A DNA stretch of 64,000 nt from Eledone cirrhosa (GCA_964016885.1 OZ024747.1:83204001-83268000), one strand, 5' to 3'; shown: positions 25,501-38,551, counted from the stretch's first letter. Translations and numbers: made by a program. The notes: a model not told the origin generated them from the letters alone.

Positions 25501-28500
25501 GATGTTGTTGTTGTCATTGATGTTGTTGTTGTCAGTGATGTTGTTGTCATTGATGTTGTTGTTGTCATTGATGTTGTTGTTGTCAGTGATGTTGTTGTCA
25601 GTGATGTTGTTGTTGTCATTGATGTTGTTGTCATTGATGTTGTTATTGTCATTGATGTTGTTGCTGTCATTGATGTTGTTGTTGTCATTGATGTTGTTGT
25701 TGTCAGTGATGTTGTTGTCATTGATGTTGTTGTTGTCATTGATGTTGTTGTTGTCAGTGATGTTGTTGTCAGTGATGTTGTTGTTGTCATTGATGTTGTT
25801 GTTGTCATTGATGTTGTTGTCATTGATGTTGTTATTGTCATTGATGTTGTTGTCATTGATGTTGTTATTGTCATTGATGTTGTTGTTGTCAGTGATATTG
25901 TTGTCATTGATGTTGTTGTTGTCATTGATGTTGTTGTTGTCATTGATGTTGTTGTTGTCATTGATGTTGTTGTCATTTATGTTGTTGTTGTCATTGAAGT
26001 TGTTGTTGTCATTGATGTTGTTGTTGTCATTGAAGTTGTTGTCATTGATGTTGTTGTTGTCAGTGATGTTGTTGTCATTGTTGTTGTTGTCATTGATGTT
26101 GTTGTTGTCATTGATGTTGTTGTTGTCATTGATGTTGTTGTTGTCATTGATGTTGTTGTTGTCAGTGATGTTGTTGTCATTGATGTTGTTGTTGTCAGTG
26201 ATGTTGTCATTGATGTTGTTGTTGTCATTGATGTTGTTGTTGTCATTGATGTTGTTGTTGTCAGTGATGTTGTTGTCATTGATGTTGTTGTTGTCATTGA
26301 TGTTGTTGTTGTCAGTGATGTTGTTGTTGTCAGTGATGTTGTTGTTGTCATTGAAGTTGTTGTTGTCATTGATGTTGTTATTGTCAGTGATGTTGTTGTT
26401 GTCATTGATGTTGTTGTTGTCATTGATGTTGTTGTTGTCAGTGATGTTGTTGTTGTCAGTGATGTTGTTGTTGTCATTGATGTTGTTGTTGTCAGTGATG
26501 TTGTTATTGTCAGTGATGTTGTTGTTGTCATTGATGTTGTTATTGTCAGTGATGTTGTTGTTGTCATTGATGTTGTTGTCAGTGATGTTGTTGTTGTCAT
26601 TGAAGTTGTTGTTGTCATTGATGTTGTTATTGTCAGTGATGTTGTTGTTGTCATTGATGTTGTTGTCAGTGATGTTGTTGTTGTCATTGATGTTGTTGTT
26701 GTCATTGATGTTGTTGTTGTCAGTGATGTTGTCATTGATGTTGTTGTTGTCATTGATGTTGTTGTCATTGATGTTGTTGTTGTCATTGATGTTATTGTCA
26801 GTGATGTTGTTGTTGTCATTGATGTTGTTGTCATTGATGTTGTTGTTGTCAGTGATGTTGTTGTTGTCAGTGATGTTGTTGTCAGTGATGTTGTTGTTGT
26901 CATTGATGTTGTTGTTGTTGTTGTCATTGATGTTGTTGTCATTGATGTTGTTGTTGTCAGTGATGTTGTTGTTGTCAGTGATGTTGTTGTCAGTGATGTT
27001 GTTGTTGTCATTGATGTTGTTGTTGTCAGTGATGTTGTTGTTGTCAGTGATGTTGTTGTTGTCAGTGATGTTGTTGTTATTGATGTTGTTGTTGTCATTG
27101 ATGTTGTTGTTGTCATTGATGTTGTTGTTGTCATTGATGTTGTTGTTGTCATTGATGTTGTTATTGTCAGTGATGTTGTTGTTGTCATTGATGTTGTTGT
27201 TGTCATTGATGTTGTTGTTGTCATTGATGTTGTTGTTGTCATTGATGTTGTTGTTGTCAGTGATGTTGTTGTCATTGATGTTGTTGTTGTCATTGATGTT
27301 GTTGTTGTCATTTATGTTGTTGTTGTCATTGAAGTTGTTGTCATTGATGTTGTTGTCATTGATGTTGTTGTCATTGATGTTGTTGTTGTCATTGATGTTG
27401 TTGTTGTCATTGATGTTGTTGTTGTCATTGAAGTTGTTGTTGTCATTGATGTTGTTGTTGTCAGTGATGTTGTTGTCATTGATGTTGTTGTCATTGATGT
27501 TGTTGTTGTCATTGATTTTGTTGTTGTCATTGATGTTGTTGTTGTCAGTGATGTTGTTGTTGTCAGTGATGTTGTTGTCATTGAAGTTGTTGTTGTCATT
27601 GATGTTATTGTCAGTGATGTTGTTGTTGTCATTGATGTTGTTGTTGTCATTGATGTTGTTGTTGTCAGTGATATTGTTGTTGCCATTGATGTTGTTGTTG
27701 TCAGTGATGTTGTTGTTGTTGATGTTGTTGTTGTCAGTGATGTTGTTGTTGTCATTGATGTTGTTGTTGTCAGTGATGTTGTTGTTGTCAGTGATGTTGT
27801 TGTTGTTGATGTTGTTGTTGTCAGTGATGTTGTTGTTGTCATTGATGTTGTTGTTGTCAGTGATGTTGTTGTTGTCAGTGATGTTGTTGTTGTCATTGAT
27901 GTTGTTGTTGTTGATGTTGTCAGTGATGTTGTTGTCATTGATGTTGTTGTTGTCATTGATGTTGTTGTCAGTGATGTTGTTGTCAGTGATGTTGTTGTTG
28001 TCAGTGATGTTGTTGTTGTCATTGATGTTGTTGTTGTCATTGATGTTGTTGTTGTCATTGATGTTGTTGTTGATGTTGTTGTTGTCATTGATGTTATTGT
28101 CATTGATGTTGTTGTTGTCAGTGATGTTGTTGTCAGTGATGTTGTTGTCATTGATGTTGTTGTTGTCATTGATGTTGTTGTTGTCATTGATGTTGTTGTT
28201 GTCATTGATGTTGTTGTTGTCAGTGATGTTGTTGTTGTCATTGATGTTGTTGTTGTCAGTGATGTTGTTGTCAGTGATGTTGTTGTCGGTGATGTTGTTG
28301 TTGTCATTGATGTTGTTGTTGTCATTGATGTTGTTGTTGTCATTGATGTTGTTGTTGTCATTGATGTTGTTGTTGTCAGTGATATTGTTGTCATTGATGT
28401 TGTTGATGTTGTTGTTGTCATTGATGTTGTTGTTGTCAGTGATGTTGTTGTCGTTGTTGATGTTGTTGTTGTCATTGATGTTGTTATTGTCATTGATGTT

Positions 28501-31500
28501 GTTGTTGTCAGTGATGTTGTTGTTGTCATTGATGTTGTTGTTGTCATTGATGTTGTTATTGTCATTGATGTTGTTGTCATTGATGTTGTTGTTGTCATTG
28601 ATGTTGTTGTTGTCATTGATGTTGTTGTTGTCATTGATGTTGTCAGTGATGTTGTTGTTGTCAGTGATGTTGTTGTTGTCAGTGATGTTGTTGTTGTCAG
28701 TGATGTTGTTGTTGTCAGTGATGTTGTTATTGTCATTGATGTTGTTATTGTCATTGATGTTGTTGTTGTCATTGATGTTGTTGTTGTCATTGATGTTGTT
28801 GTTGTCATTGATGTTGTTGTTGTCATTGATGTTGTTGTTGTCATTGATGTTGTTGTTGTCATTGATGTTGTTGTTGTCAGTGATGTTATTGTCAGTGATG
28901 TTGTTGTCATTGATGTTGTTATCGTCAGTGATGTTGTTGTTGTCATTGATGTTGTTGTTGTCAGTGATGTTGTTGTTGTCAGTGATGTTGTTGTTGTCAG
29001 TGATGTTGTTGTTGTCAGTGATGTTGTTGTCATTGTTGTTGTTGTCATTGATGTTGTTGTTGTGTGATGTTGTTAGTGATGTTGTTGTTGTCAGTGATGT
29101 TGTTGTTGTCATTGATGTTGTTGTTGTCATTGATGTTGTTGTTGTCAATGATGTTGTTGTTGTCAGTGATGTTGTTGTTGTCATTGATGTTGTTGTCAGT
29201 GATGTTGTTGTTGTCAGTGATGTTGTTGTTGTCAGTGATGTTGTTGTTGTCATTGATGTTATTGTCATTGATGTTGTTGTTGTCATTGATGTTGTTGTTG
29301 TCAGTGATGTTGTTGTTGTCATTGATGTTATTGTTGTCATTGATGTTATTGTCAGTGATGTTGTTGTTGTCATTGATGTTGTTGTTGTCATTGATGTTGT
29401 TGTTGTCAGTGATGTTGTTGTTGTCAGTGATGTTGTTGTTGTCAGTGATGTTATTGTCATTGATGTTGTTGTTGTCATTGATGTTGTTGTTGTCAGTGAT
29501 GTTGTTGTTGTCATTGATGTTATTGTCAGTGATGTTGTTGTTGTCATTGATGTTGTTGTTGTCATTGATGTTGTTGTTGTCAGTGATGTTGTTGTTGTCA
29601 TTGATGTTATTGTCAGTGATGTTGTTGTTGTCAGTGATGTTGTTGTTGTCATTGATGTTGTTGTTGTCAGTGATGTTGTTGTCATTGATGTTGTTGTTGT
29701 CAGTGATGTTGTTGTTGTCATTGATGTTGTTGTTGTCAGTGATGTTGTTGTTGTCATTGATGTTATTGTCAGTGATGTTGTTGTTGTCATTGATGTTGTT
29801 GTTGTCATTGATGTTGTTGTTGTCAGTGATGTTGTTGTTGTCAGTGATGTTGTTGTTGTCAGTGATGTTGTTGTTGTCATTGATGTTATTGTCAGTGATG
29901 TTGTTGTTGTCAGTGATGTTGTTGTTGTCATTGATGTTGTTGTTGTCAGTGATGTTGTTGTTGTCATTGATGTTATTGTCAGTGATGTTGTTGTTGTCAT
30001 TGATGTTGTTGTTGTCATTGATGTTATTGTCAGTGATGTTGTTGTTGTCAGTGATGTTGTTGTTGTCAGTGATGTTGTTGTTGTCATTGATGTTATTGTC
30101 AGTGATGTTGTTGTTGTCAGTGATGTTGTTATTGTCAGTGATGTTGTTGTTGTCAGTGATGTTGTTGTTGTCAGTGATGTTGTTGTCATTGATGTTGTTG
30201 TCAGTGATGTTGTTGTTGTCAGTGATGTTGTTGTTGTCATTGATGTTGTTGTTGTCAGTGATGTTGTTGTCATTGATGTTGTTGTTGTCATTGATGTTGT
30301 TGTTGTCATTGATGTTGTTGTTGTCATTGATGTTGTTGTTGTCAGTGCTGTTGTTGCTGTCATATATGTTGTCATTGATGTTGTTGTTGTCAGTGATGTT
30401 GTCATTGATGTTGTTGTTGTCATTGATGTTGTTGTCATTGATGTTGTTGTTGTCATTGAAGTTGTTGTCATTGATGTTGTTGTTGTCATTGATGTTGTTG
30501 TCAGTGATGTTGTTGTCATTGATGTTGTTGTTGTCATTGATGTTGTTGTTGTCAGTGATGTTGTTGTCAGTGATGTTGTTGTTGTCATTGATGTTGTTGT
30601 CATTGATGTTGTTATTGTCATTGATGTTGTTGCTGTCATTGATGTTGTTGTTGTCAGTGATGTTGTTGTTGTCAGTGATGTTGTTGTTGTCATTGATGTT
30701 GTTGTTGTCAGTGATGTTGTTGTTGTCATTGATGTTGTTGTTGTCATTGATGTTGTTGTTGTCATTGATGTTGTTGTTGTCAGTGATGTTGTTGTTGTCA
30801 TTGATGTTGTTGTTGTCATTGATGTTGTTGTTGTCATTGATGTTGTTGTTGTCAGTGATGTTGTTGTTGTCATTGATGTTGTTGTTGTCATTGATGTTGT
30901 TGTTGTCAGTGATGTTGTTGTTGTCAGTGATGTTGTTGTTGTCATTGATGTTGTTGTTGTCATTGATGTTGTTGTTGTCAGTGATGTTGTTGTTGTCAGT
31001 GATGTTGTTGTTGTCATTGATGTTGTTGTTGTCATTGATGTTGTTGTTGTCATTGATGTTGTTGTTGTCAGTGATGTTGTTGTTGTCATTGATGTTGTTG
31101 TTGTCATTGATGTTGTTGTTGTCATTGATGTTGTTGTTGTCAGTGATGTTGTTGTTGTCATTGATGTTGTTGTTGTCATTGATGTTGTTGTTGTCATTGA
31201 TGTTGTTGTTGTCAGTGATGTTGTTGTTGTCAGTGATGTTGTTGTTGTCATTGATGTTGTTGTTGTCATTGATGTTGTTGTTGTCATTGATGTTGTTGTT
31301 GTCATTGATGTTGTTGTTGTCATTGATGTTGTTGTTGTCAGTGATGTTGTTGTTGTCATTGATGTTGTTGTTGTCATTGATGTTGTTGTTGTCAGTGATG
31401 TTGTTGTTGTCATTGATGTTGTTGTTGTCATTGATGTTGTTGTTGTCATTGATGTTGTTGTTGTCAGTGATGTTGTTGTTGTCAGTGATGTTGTTGTTGT

Positions 31501-34500
31501 CATTGATGTTGTTGTTGTCATTGATGTTGTTGTTGTCATTGATGTTGTTGTTGTCATTGATGTTGTTGTTGTCATTGATGTTGTTGTTGTCATTGATGTT
31601 GTTGTTGTCAGTGATGTTGTTGTTGTCATTGATGTTGTTGTTGTCATTGATGTTGTTGTTGTCATTGATGTTGTTGTTGTCATTGATGTTGTTGTTGTCA
31701 TTGATGTTGTTGTTGTCATTGATGTTGTTGTTGTCAGTGATGTTGTTGTTGTCATTGATGTTGTTGTTGTCATTGATGTTGTTGTTGTCATTGATGTTGT
31801 TGTTGTCATTGATGTTGTTGTTGTCATTGATGTTGTTGTTGTCAGTGATGTTGTTGTTGTCATTGATGTTGTTGTTGTCATTGATGTTGTTGTTGTCATT
31901 GATGTTGTTGTTGTCAGTGATGTTGTTGTTGTCAGTGATGTTGTTGTTGTCATTGATGTTGTTGTTGTCATTGATGTTGTTGTTGTCATTGATGTTGTTG
32001 TTGTCATTGATGTTGTTGTTGTCATTGATGTTGTTGTTGTCATTGATGTTGTTGTTGTCAGTGATGTTGTTGTTGTCATTGATGTTGTTGTTGTCATTGA
32101 TGTTGTTGTTGTCATTGATGTTGTTGTTGTCATTGATGTTGTTGTTGTCATTGATGTTGTTGTCATTTATGTTGTTGTTGTCATTGAAGTTGTTGTCATT
32201 GATGTTGTTGTTGTCAGTGATGTTGTTGTCATTGTTGTTGTTGTCATTGATGTTGTTGTTGTCATTGATGTTGTTGTTGTCATTTATGTTGTTGTTGTCA
32301 TTGATGTTGTTGTTGTCAGTGATGTTGTCATTGATGTTGTTGTTGTCATTGATGTTGTTGTTGTCATTGATGTTGTTGTTGTCATTGATGTTGTTGTTGT
32401 CAGTGATGTTGTCATTGATGTTGTTGTTGTCATTGATGTTGTTGTTGTCATTGATGTTGTTGTTGTCATTGATGTTGTTGTTGTCAGTGATGTTGTTGTT
32501 GTCAGTGATGTTGTTGTCATTGATGTTGTTGTTGTCATTGATGTTGTTGTTGTCATTGATGTTGTTGTTGTCAGTGATGTTGTTGTTGTCATTGTTGTTG
32601 TTGTCATTGATGTTGTTGTCAGTGATGTTGTTGTTGTCATTGATGTTGTTGTTGTCATTGATGTTGTTGTTGTCATTGATGTTGTTGTTGTCAGTGATGT
32701 TGTTGTTGTCATTGTTGTTGTTGTCAGTGATGTTGTTGTCAGTGATGTTGTTGTTGTCATTGATGTTGTTATTGTCAGTGATGTTGTTGTTGTCATTGAT
32801 GTTGTTGTTGTCATTGATGTTGTTGTTGTCAGTGATGTTGTTGTTGTCATTGATGTTGTTGTTGTCATTGATGTTGTTGTTGTCAGTGATGTTGTTGTTG
32901 TCATTGATGTTGTTGTTGTCATTGATGTTGTTGTTGTCATTGATGTTGTTGTTGTCAGTGATGTTGTTATTGTCAGTGATGTTGTTGTTGTCATTGATGT
33001 TGTTATTGTCAGTGATGTTGTTGTTGTCATTGATGTTGTTGTCAGTGATGTTGTTGTTGTCATTGAAGTTGTTGTTGTCATTGATGTTGTTATTGTCAGT
33101 GATGTTGTTGTTGTCATTGATGTTGTTGTTGTCATTGATGTTGTTGTTGTCAGTGATGTTGTTGTTGTCATTGATGTTGTTGTTGTCATTGATGTTGTTG
33201 TTGTCATTGATGTTGTTGTCATTGATGTTGTTATTGTCAGTGATGTTGTTGTTGTCATTGATGTTGTTGTCAGTGATGTTGTTGTTGTCATTGATGTTGT
33301 TGTTGTCATTGATGTTGTTGTTGTCAGTGATGTTGTCATTGATGTTGTTGTTGTCATTGATGTTGTTGTTGTCATTGATGTTGTTGTTGTCATTGATGTT
33401 GTTGTCATTGATGTTGTTATTGTCAGTGATGTTGTTGTTGTCATTGATGTTGTTGTCAGTGATGTTGTTGTTGTCATTGATGTTGTTGTTGTCATTGATG
33501 TTGTTGTTGTCAGTGATGTTGTCATTGATGTTGTTGTTGTCATTGATGTTGTTGTTGTCATTGATGTTGTTGTTGTCATTGATGTTATTGTCAGTGATGT
33601 TATTGTCAGTGATGTTGTTGTTGTCATTGATGTTGTTGTCATTGATGTTGTTGTTGTCAGTGATGTTGTTGTCAGTGATGTTGTTGTCAGTGATGTTGTT
33701 GTTGTCATTGATGTTGTTGTTGTTGTTGTCAGTGATGTTATTGTTGTCATTGATGTTGTTGTTGTCAGTGATGTTGTTGTTGTCAGTGATGTTGTTGTTG
33801 TCAGTGATGTTGTTGTTGTCATTGATGTTGTTGTTGTCATTGATGTTGTTGTTGTCATTGATGTTGTTGTTGTCAGTGATGTTGTTGTTGTCAGTGATGT
33901 TGTTGTTGTCAGTGATGTTGTTGTTGTCAGTGATGTTGTTGTTATTGATGTTGTTGTTGTCATTGATGTTGTTGTTGTCATTGATGTTGTTGTTGTCATT
34001 GATGTTGTTATTGTCAGTGATGTTGTTGTTGTCATTGATGTTGTTGTTGTCATTGATGTTGTTGTTGTCATTGATGTTGTTGTTGTCAGTGATGTTGTTG
34101 TCATTGATGTTGTTGTTGTCATTGATGTTGTTGTTGTCATTTATGTTGTTGTCATTGAAGTTGTTGTCATTGATGTTGTTGTCAGTGATGTTGTTGTTGT
34201 CATTGATGTTGTTGTTGTCAGTGATGTTGTTGATGTCAGTGATGTTGTTGTTGTCAGTGATGTTGTTGTTGTCAGTGATGTTGTTGTTGTCATTGTTGTT
34301 GTTGTCATTGATGTTGTTGTTGTGTGATGTTGTTAGTGATGTTGTTGTTGTCAGTGATGTTGTTGTTGTCATTGATGTTGTTGTCATTGATGTTGTTGTT
34401 GTCAATGATGTTGTTGTTGTCAGTGATGTTGTTGTTGTCATTGATGTTGTTGTCAGTGATGTTGTTGTCATTGAAGTTGTTGTTGTCATTGATGTTATTG

Positions 34501-35640
34501 TCAGTGATGTTGTTGTTGTCATTGATGTTGTTGTTGTCATTGATGTTGTTGTTGTCAGTGATATTGTTGTTGTCATTGATGTTGTTGTTGTCAGTGATGT
34601 TGTTATTGTCAGTGATGTTGTTATTGTCAGTGATGTTGTTGTTGTCAGTGATGTTGTTGTTGTCAGTGAAGTTGTTGTCATTGATGTTGTTATTGTCAGT
34701 GATGTTGTTGTTGTCATTGATGTTGTTGTTGTCAGTGATGTTGTTGTCATTGATGTTGTTATTGTCAGTGATGTTGTTGTTGTCATTGATGTTGTTGTTG
34801 TCAGTGATGTTGTTGTTGTCAGTGAAGTTGTTGTTGTCATTGATGTTATTGTCAGTGATGTTGTTGTTGTCATTGATGTTGTTGTTGTCAGTGATGTTGT
34901 TGTTGTCATTGATGTTGTTGTTGTCATTGATGTTGTTGTTGTCATTGATGTTGTTGTTGTCATTGATGTTGTTGTTGTCATTGATGTTGTTGTTGTCATT
35001 GATGTTGTTGTTGTCATTGATGTTGTTGTTGTCATTGATGTTGTTGTCATTGATGTTGTTGTTGTCATTGATGTTGTTATTGTCAGTGATGTTGTTGTTG
35101 TCATTGATGTTGTTGTCATTGATGTTGTTGTTGTCATTGATGTTGTTGTTGTCATTGATGTTGTTGTTGTCATTGATGTTGTTGTTGTCAGTGATGTTGT
35201 TGTTGTCATTGATGTTGTTGTCAGTGATGTTGTTGTTGTCAGTGATGTTGTTGTTGTCATTGATGTTGTTGTCATTGATGTTGTTGTTGTCATTGATGTT
35301 GTTATTGTCAGTGATGTTGTTGTTGTCATTGATGTTGTTGTCATTGATGTTGTTGTTGTCATTGATGTTGTTGTTGTCATTGATGTTGTTGTTGTCATTG
35401 ATGTTGTTGTTGTCAGTGATGTTGTTGTTGTCATTGATGTTGTTGTCAGTGATGTTGTTGTTGTCAGTGATGTTGTTGTTGTCATTGATGTTGTTGTTGT
35501 CATTGATGTTGTTGTTGTCATTGATGTTGTTATTGTCAGTGATGTTGTTGTTGTCATTGATGTTGTTGTCAGTGATGTTGTTGTTGTCATTGATGTTGTT
35601 GTTGTCAGTGATGTTGTTGTTGTCAGTGATGTTGTTGTCA

Positions 35641-35671
<31 letters not shown>

Positions 35672-36159
35672 CAGTGATGTTGTTGTTGTCATTGATGTTG
35701 TTGTTGTCAGTGATGTTGTTGTTGTCATTGATGTTGTTGTCAGTGATGTTGTTGTTGTCATTGATGTTGTTGTTGTCATTGATGTTGTTGTCATTGATGT
35801 TGTTGTTGTCATTGATGTTGTTATTGTCAGTGATGTTGTTGTTGTCATTGATGTTGTTGTCATTGATGTTGTTGTTGTCATTGATGTTGTTGTTGTCATT
35901 GATGTTGTTGTTGTCATTGATGTTGTTGTTGTCAGTGATGTTGTTGTTGTCATTGATGTTGTTGTCAGTGATGTTGTTGTTGTCAGTGATGTTGTTGTTG
36001 TCATTGATGTTGTTGTTGTCATTGATGTTGTTGTTGTCATTGATGTTGTTATTGTCAGTGATGTTGTTGTTGTCATTGATGTTGTTGTCAGTGATGTTGT
36101 TGTTGTCATTGATGTTGTTGTTGTCAGTGATGTTGTTGTTGTCAGTGATGTTGTTGTCA

Positions 36160-36190
<31 letters not shown>

Positions 36191-36420
36191 CAGTGATGTT
36201 GTTGTTGTCATTGATGTTGTTGTTGTCAGTGATGTTGTTGTTGTCAGTGATGTTGTTGTTGTCATTGATGTTGTTGTTGTTGATGTTGTCAGTGATGTTG
36301 TTGTCATTGATGTTGTTGTTGTCATTGATGTTGTTGTTGATGTTGTTGTTGTCATTGATGTTATTGTCATTGATGTTGTTGTTGTCAGTGATGTTGTTGT
36401 TGTCAGTGATGTTGTTGTCA

Positions 36421-36451
<31 letters not shown>

Positions 36452-37228
36452 CATTGATGTTGTTGTTGTCATTGATGTTGTTGTTGTCAGTGATGTTGTT
36501 ATTGTCAGTGATGTTGTTGTTGTCAGTGATGTTGTTGTTGTCATTGATGTTGTTGTTGTCAGTGATATTGTTGTCATTGATGTTGTTGATGTTGTTGTTG
36601 TCATTGATGTTGTTGTTGTCAGTGATGTTGTTGTCGTTGTTGATGTTGTTGTTGTCATTGATGTTGTTATTGTCATTGATGTTGTTGTTGTCAGTGATGT
36701 TGTTGTTGTCATTGATGTTGTTGTTGTCATTGATGTTGTTATTGTCAGTGATGTTGTTGTTGTCATTGATGTTGTTATTGTCATTGATGTTGTTGTTGTC
36801 ATTGATGTTGTTGTTGTCATTGATGTTGTTGTTGTCATTGATGTTGTTGTTGTCATTGATGTTGTCAGTGATGTTGTTGTTGTCAGTGATGTTGTTGTTG
36901 TCAGTGATGTTGTTGTTGTCAGTGATGTTGTTATTGTCATTGATGTTGTTATTGTCATTGATGTTGTTATTGTCATTGATGTTGTTGTTGTCATTGATGT
37001 TGTTGTTGTCATTGATGTTGTTGTTGTCATTGATGTTGTTGTTGTCAGTGATGTTGTTATTGTCAGTGATGTTGTTGTCATTGATGTTGTTGTCGTCAGT
37101 GATGTTGTTGTTGTCGTTGTTGATGTTGTTGTCAATGATGTTGTTGTTATTGTCAGTGATGTTGTTGTTGTCATTGATGTTGTTGTTGTCATTGATGTTG
37201 TTGCTATCATTTATGTTATAGTTGATGT
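7584..37228. repeat. ~29.6-kb intronic tandem satellite, 18-bp unit GATGTTGTTGTTGTCA(G/T)T, roughly 1,700 units
   Basis: Directly visible. Two main unit alleles (AGT/ATT) and length variants of 12/15/21/24 bp through loss or gain of GTT. Lies wholly in the intron 5917-41392. Unit count is an estimate from length. Confidence 0.98.
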
Positions 37229-37369
37229 ATGAAATAGAAAAGAAACAGTTGGGATGTCACCTTGTCGTTGTGTGTGGAATTATTCAGGCCAGGTTGATCC
37301 AAAACAAACACCACAAGGTATATCATATCTAATTCTCTAACAATTCCTCTGATCCCACCACCCTGAATT

Positions 37370-37490
37370 AACACATTATTTTATCAATCCCGAACGGATG
37401 GAAGGCCACGTTGACATCAGTAGGATTTGAACTCAGAGTACAGATTACCAGAATAAATACTACAAGGTATTTTGTCCTACACTCTAAGTA
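37370..37490 (-). mobile_element. tRNA-derived SINE fragment (same type as 6549-6736)
   Basis: TTATTTTATCAATCCCG..GGAAGGCCACGTTGAC..GGATTTGAACTCAGAG is the reverse of the 6549 element core. Confidence 0.6.
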
Positions 37491-37625
37491 ATGATTGGCC
37501 AATCAGATGAATAGTCCATTGTTTTCTTAACTCTTTTGTTACTGTATTACTAATAAAATCTTACTTCCAATGAGCTTTCAAAGAACAATGAAATTGAGAT
37601 GTTTTTATTTAATTTATTATAATAT

Positions 37626-37875
37626 ATCATCATCATTATCGATTAATGTCCATCTTCTACGCTAGCATGGGTTAGACGGGTCCTATTTTAAGACAAGTTG
37701 TGTCGGGTGACCATGTCTCGCTCAAATAGGGGTGTTTCTGGCTGGTTTTCTACAGCTGGATGCCCTTCGTAACGCCAACCACATTTACAGTGTGGGCTGG
37801 GTGCCTTTTGCCGTGTCTTTTACACGTCCACATTTACAGTGTGGGCAGGATGTTTTTTGCCATGTCATTTACACA
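37626..37875 (-). mobile_element. SINE/LINE 3' tail sharing the RTE family-B 3' UTR
   Basis: (CAT)n, CTAGCATGGGTTAGACGGG and TTTCTACAGCTGGATGCCCTTC, as in 62655-62900. Confidence 0.8.
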
Positions 37876-37877
37876 TC

Positions 37878-37913
<36 letters not shown>

Positions 37914-38194
37914 TAAATTAGCGAGAATCGTATTTCGGCTTTGGAAATTAGCGAAAAACAACTTCCGAGATGTGTGGCAAGCGCTCAATAATTCTAACGA
38001 ACCAGAGCTACAACATACGTTAAAAGACCAAACACACTGAGATGATGGTTAAAGCATTATCCGCACAGCCATAGAAACGACCAAGTAATTTGGGTCAAAC
38101 AAATAAAAAAAATATTAGTAGTATTAGGTAGGTAAAAATATCCAAGGTATAGAACAACTCAAGTCCAGAGGGTGAGTTTGAATATAATTATTAA

Positions 38195-38300
38195 GGCCAG
38201 TTACGACAACGTACCAGGTGGAGTGGCTGTTGCAGCAGGTGTCGCTGGCCATTGTCCACGGAGTGGGGGGGGGGGCAGCCCCATTACTGCCACACCCTAG
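38195..38300 (+). pseudogene. Second CRE-like C-terminal fragment
   Basis: QVEWLLQQVSLAIVHG (38215-38262) aligns with EVEWLFQCISLTILRG at ~6808-6855. Confidence 0.45.
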
Positions 38301-38551
38301 GCCCAGACCCCATCAACCCCCTCTTCTGTGACACTAGAGCCCTTGCCTTTCTCTTCCTTTTCTGCTTTTTTTAAAATATTTTATTTTACATCCTATTCTT
38401 TCTTCTCAATCTATTTTTTTCTTATTCTATTAAATTAACCAGGTTAGTTTTATTAGAATCCTACATCAAGCTACATCCCACAGCTTCAGTCACAGCAATT
38501 AACTTCTGCTGTTGTTGTTGTAGTCACTGCCTCAACTTTTCCCTTTCAACT

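Noticed and set aside
7584-37228. CRISPR array or telomeric repeat
   Set aside because: There are no unique spacers or cas genes, the context is eukaryotic, and the unit is not TTAGGG-like and is gene-internal.
7532-37232. Giant ORFs (up to 7160 aa: MTTTTS, DNNNI, SDVVVV, MLLLS repeats) as mucin-like or structural proteins
   Set aside because: Four of six frames are open simply because the triplet-built unit has no stop in them. The ORFs swap repeat type at the three 2-bp deletions, have no signal peptide or unique domain, and lie in an intron of an intact gene.
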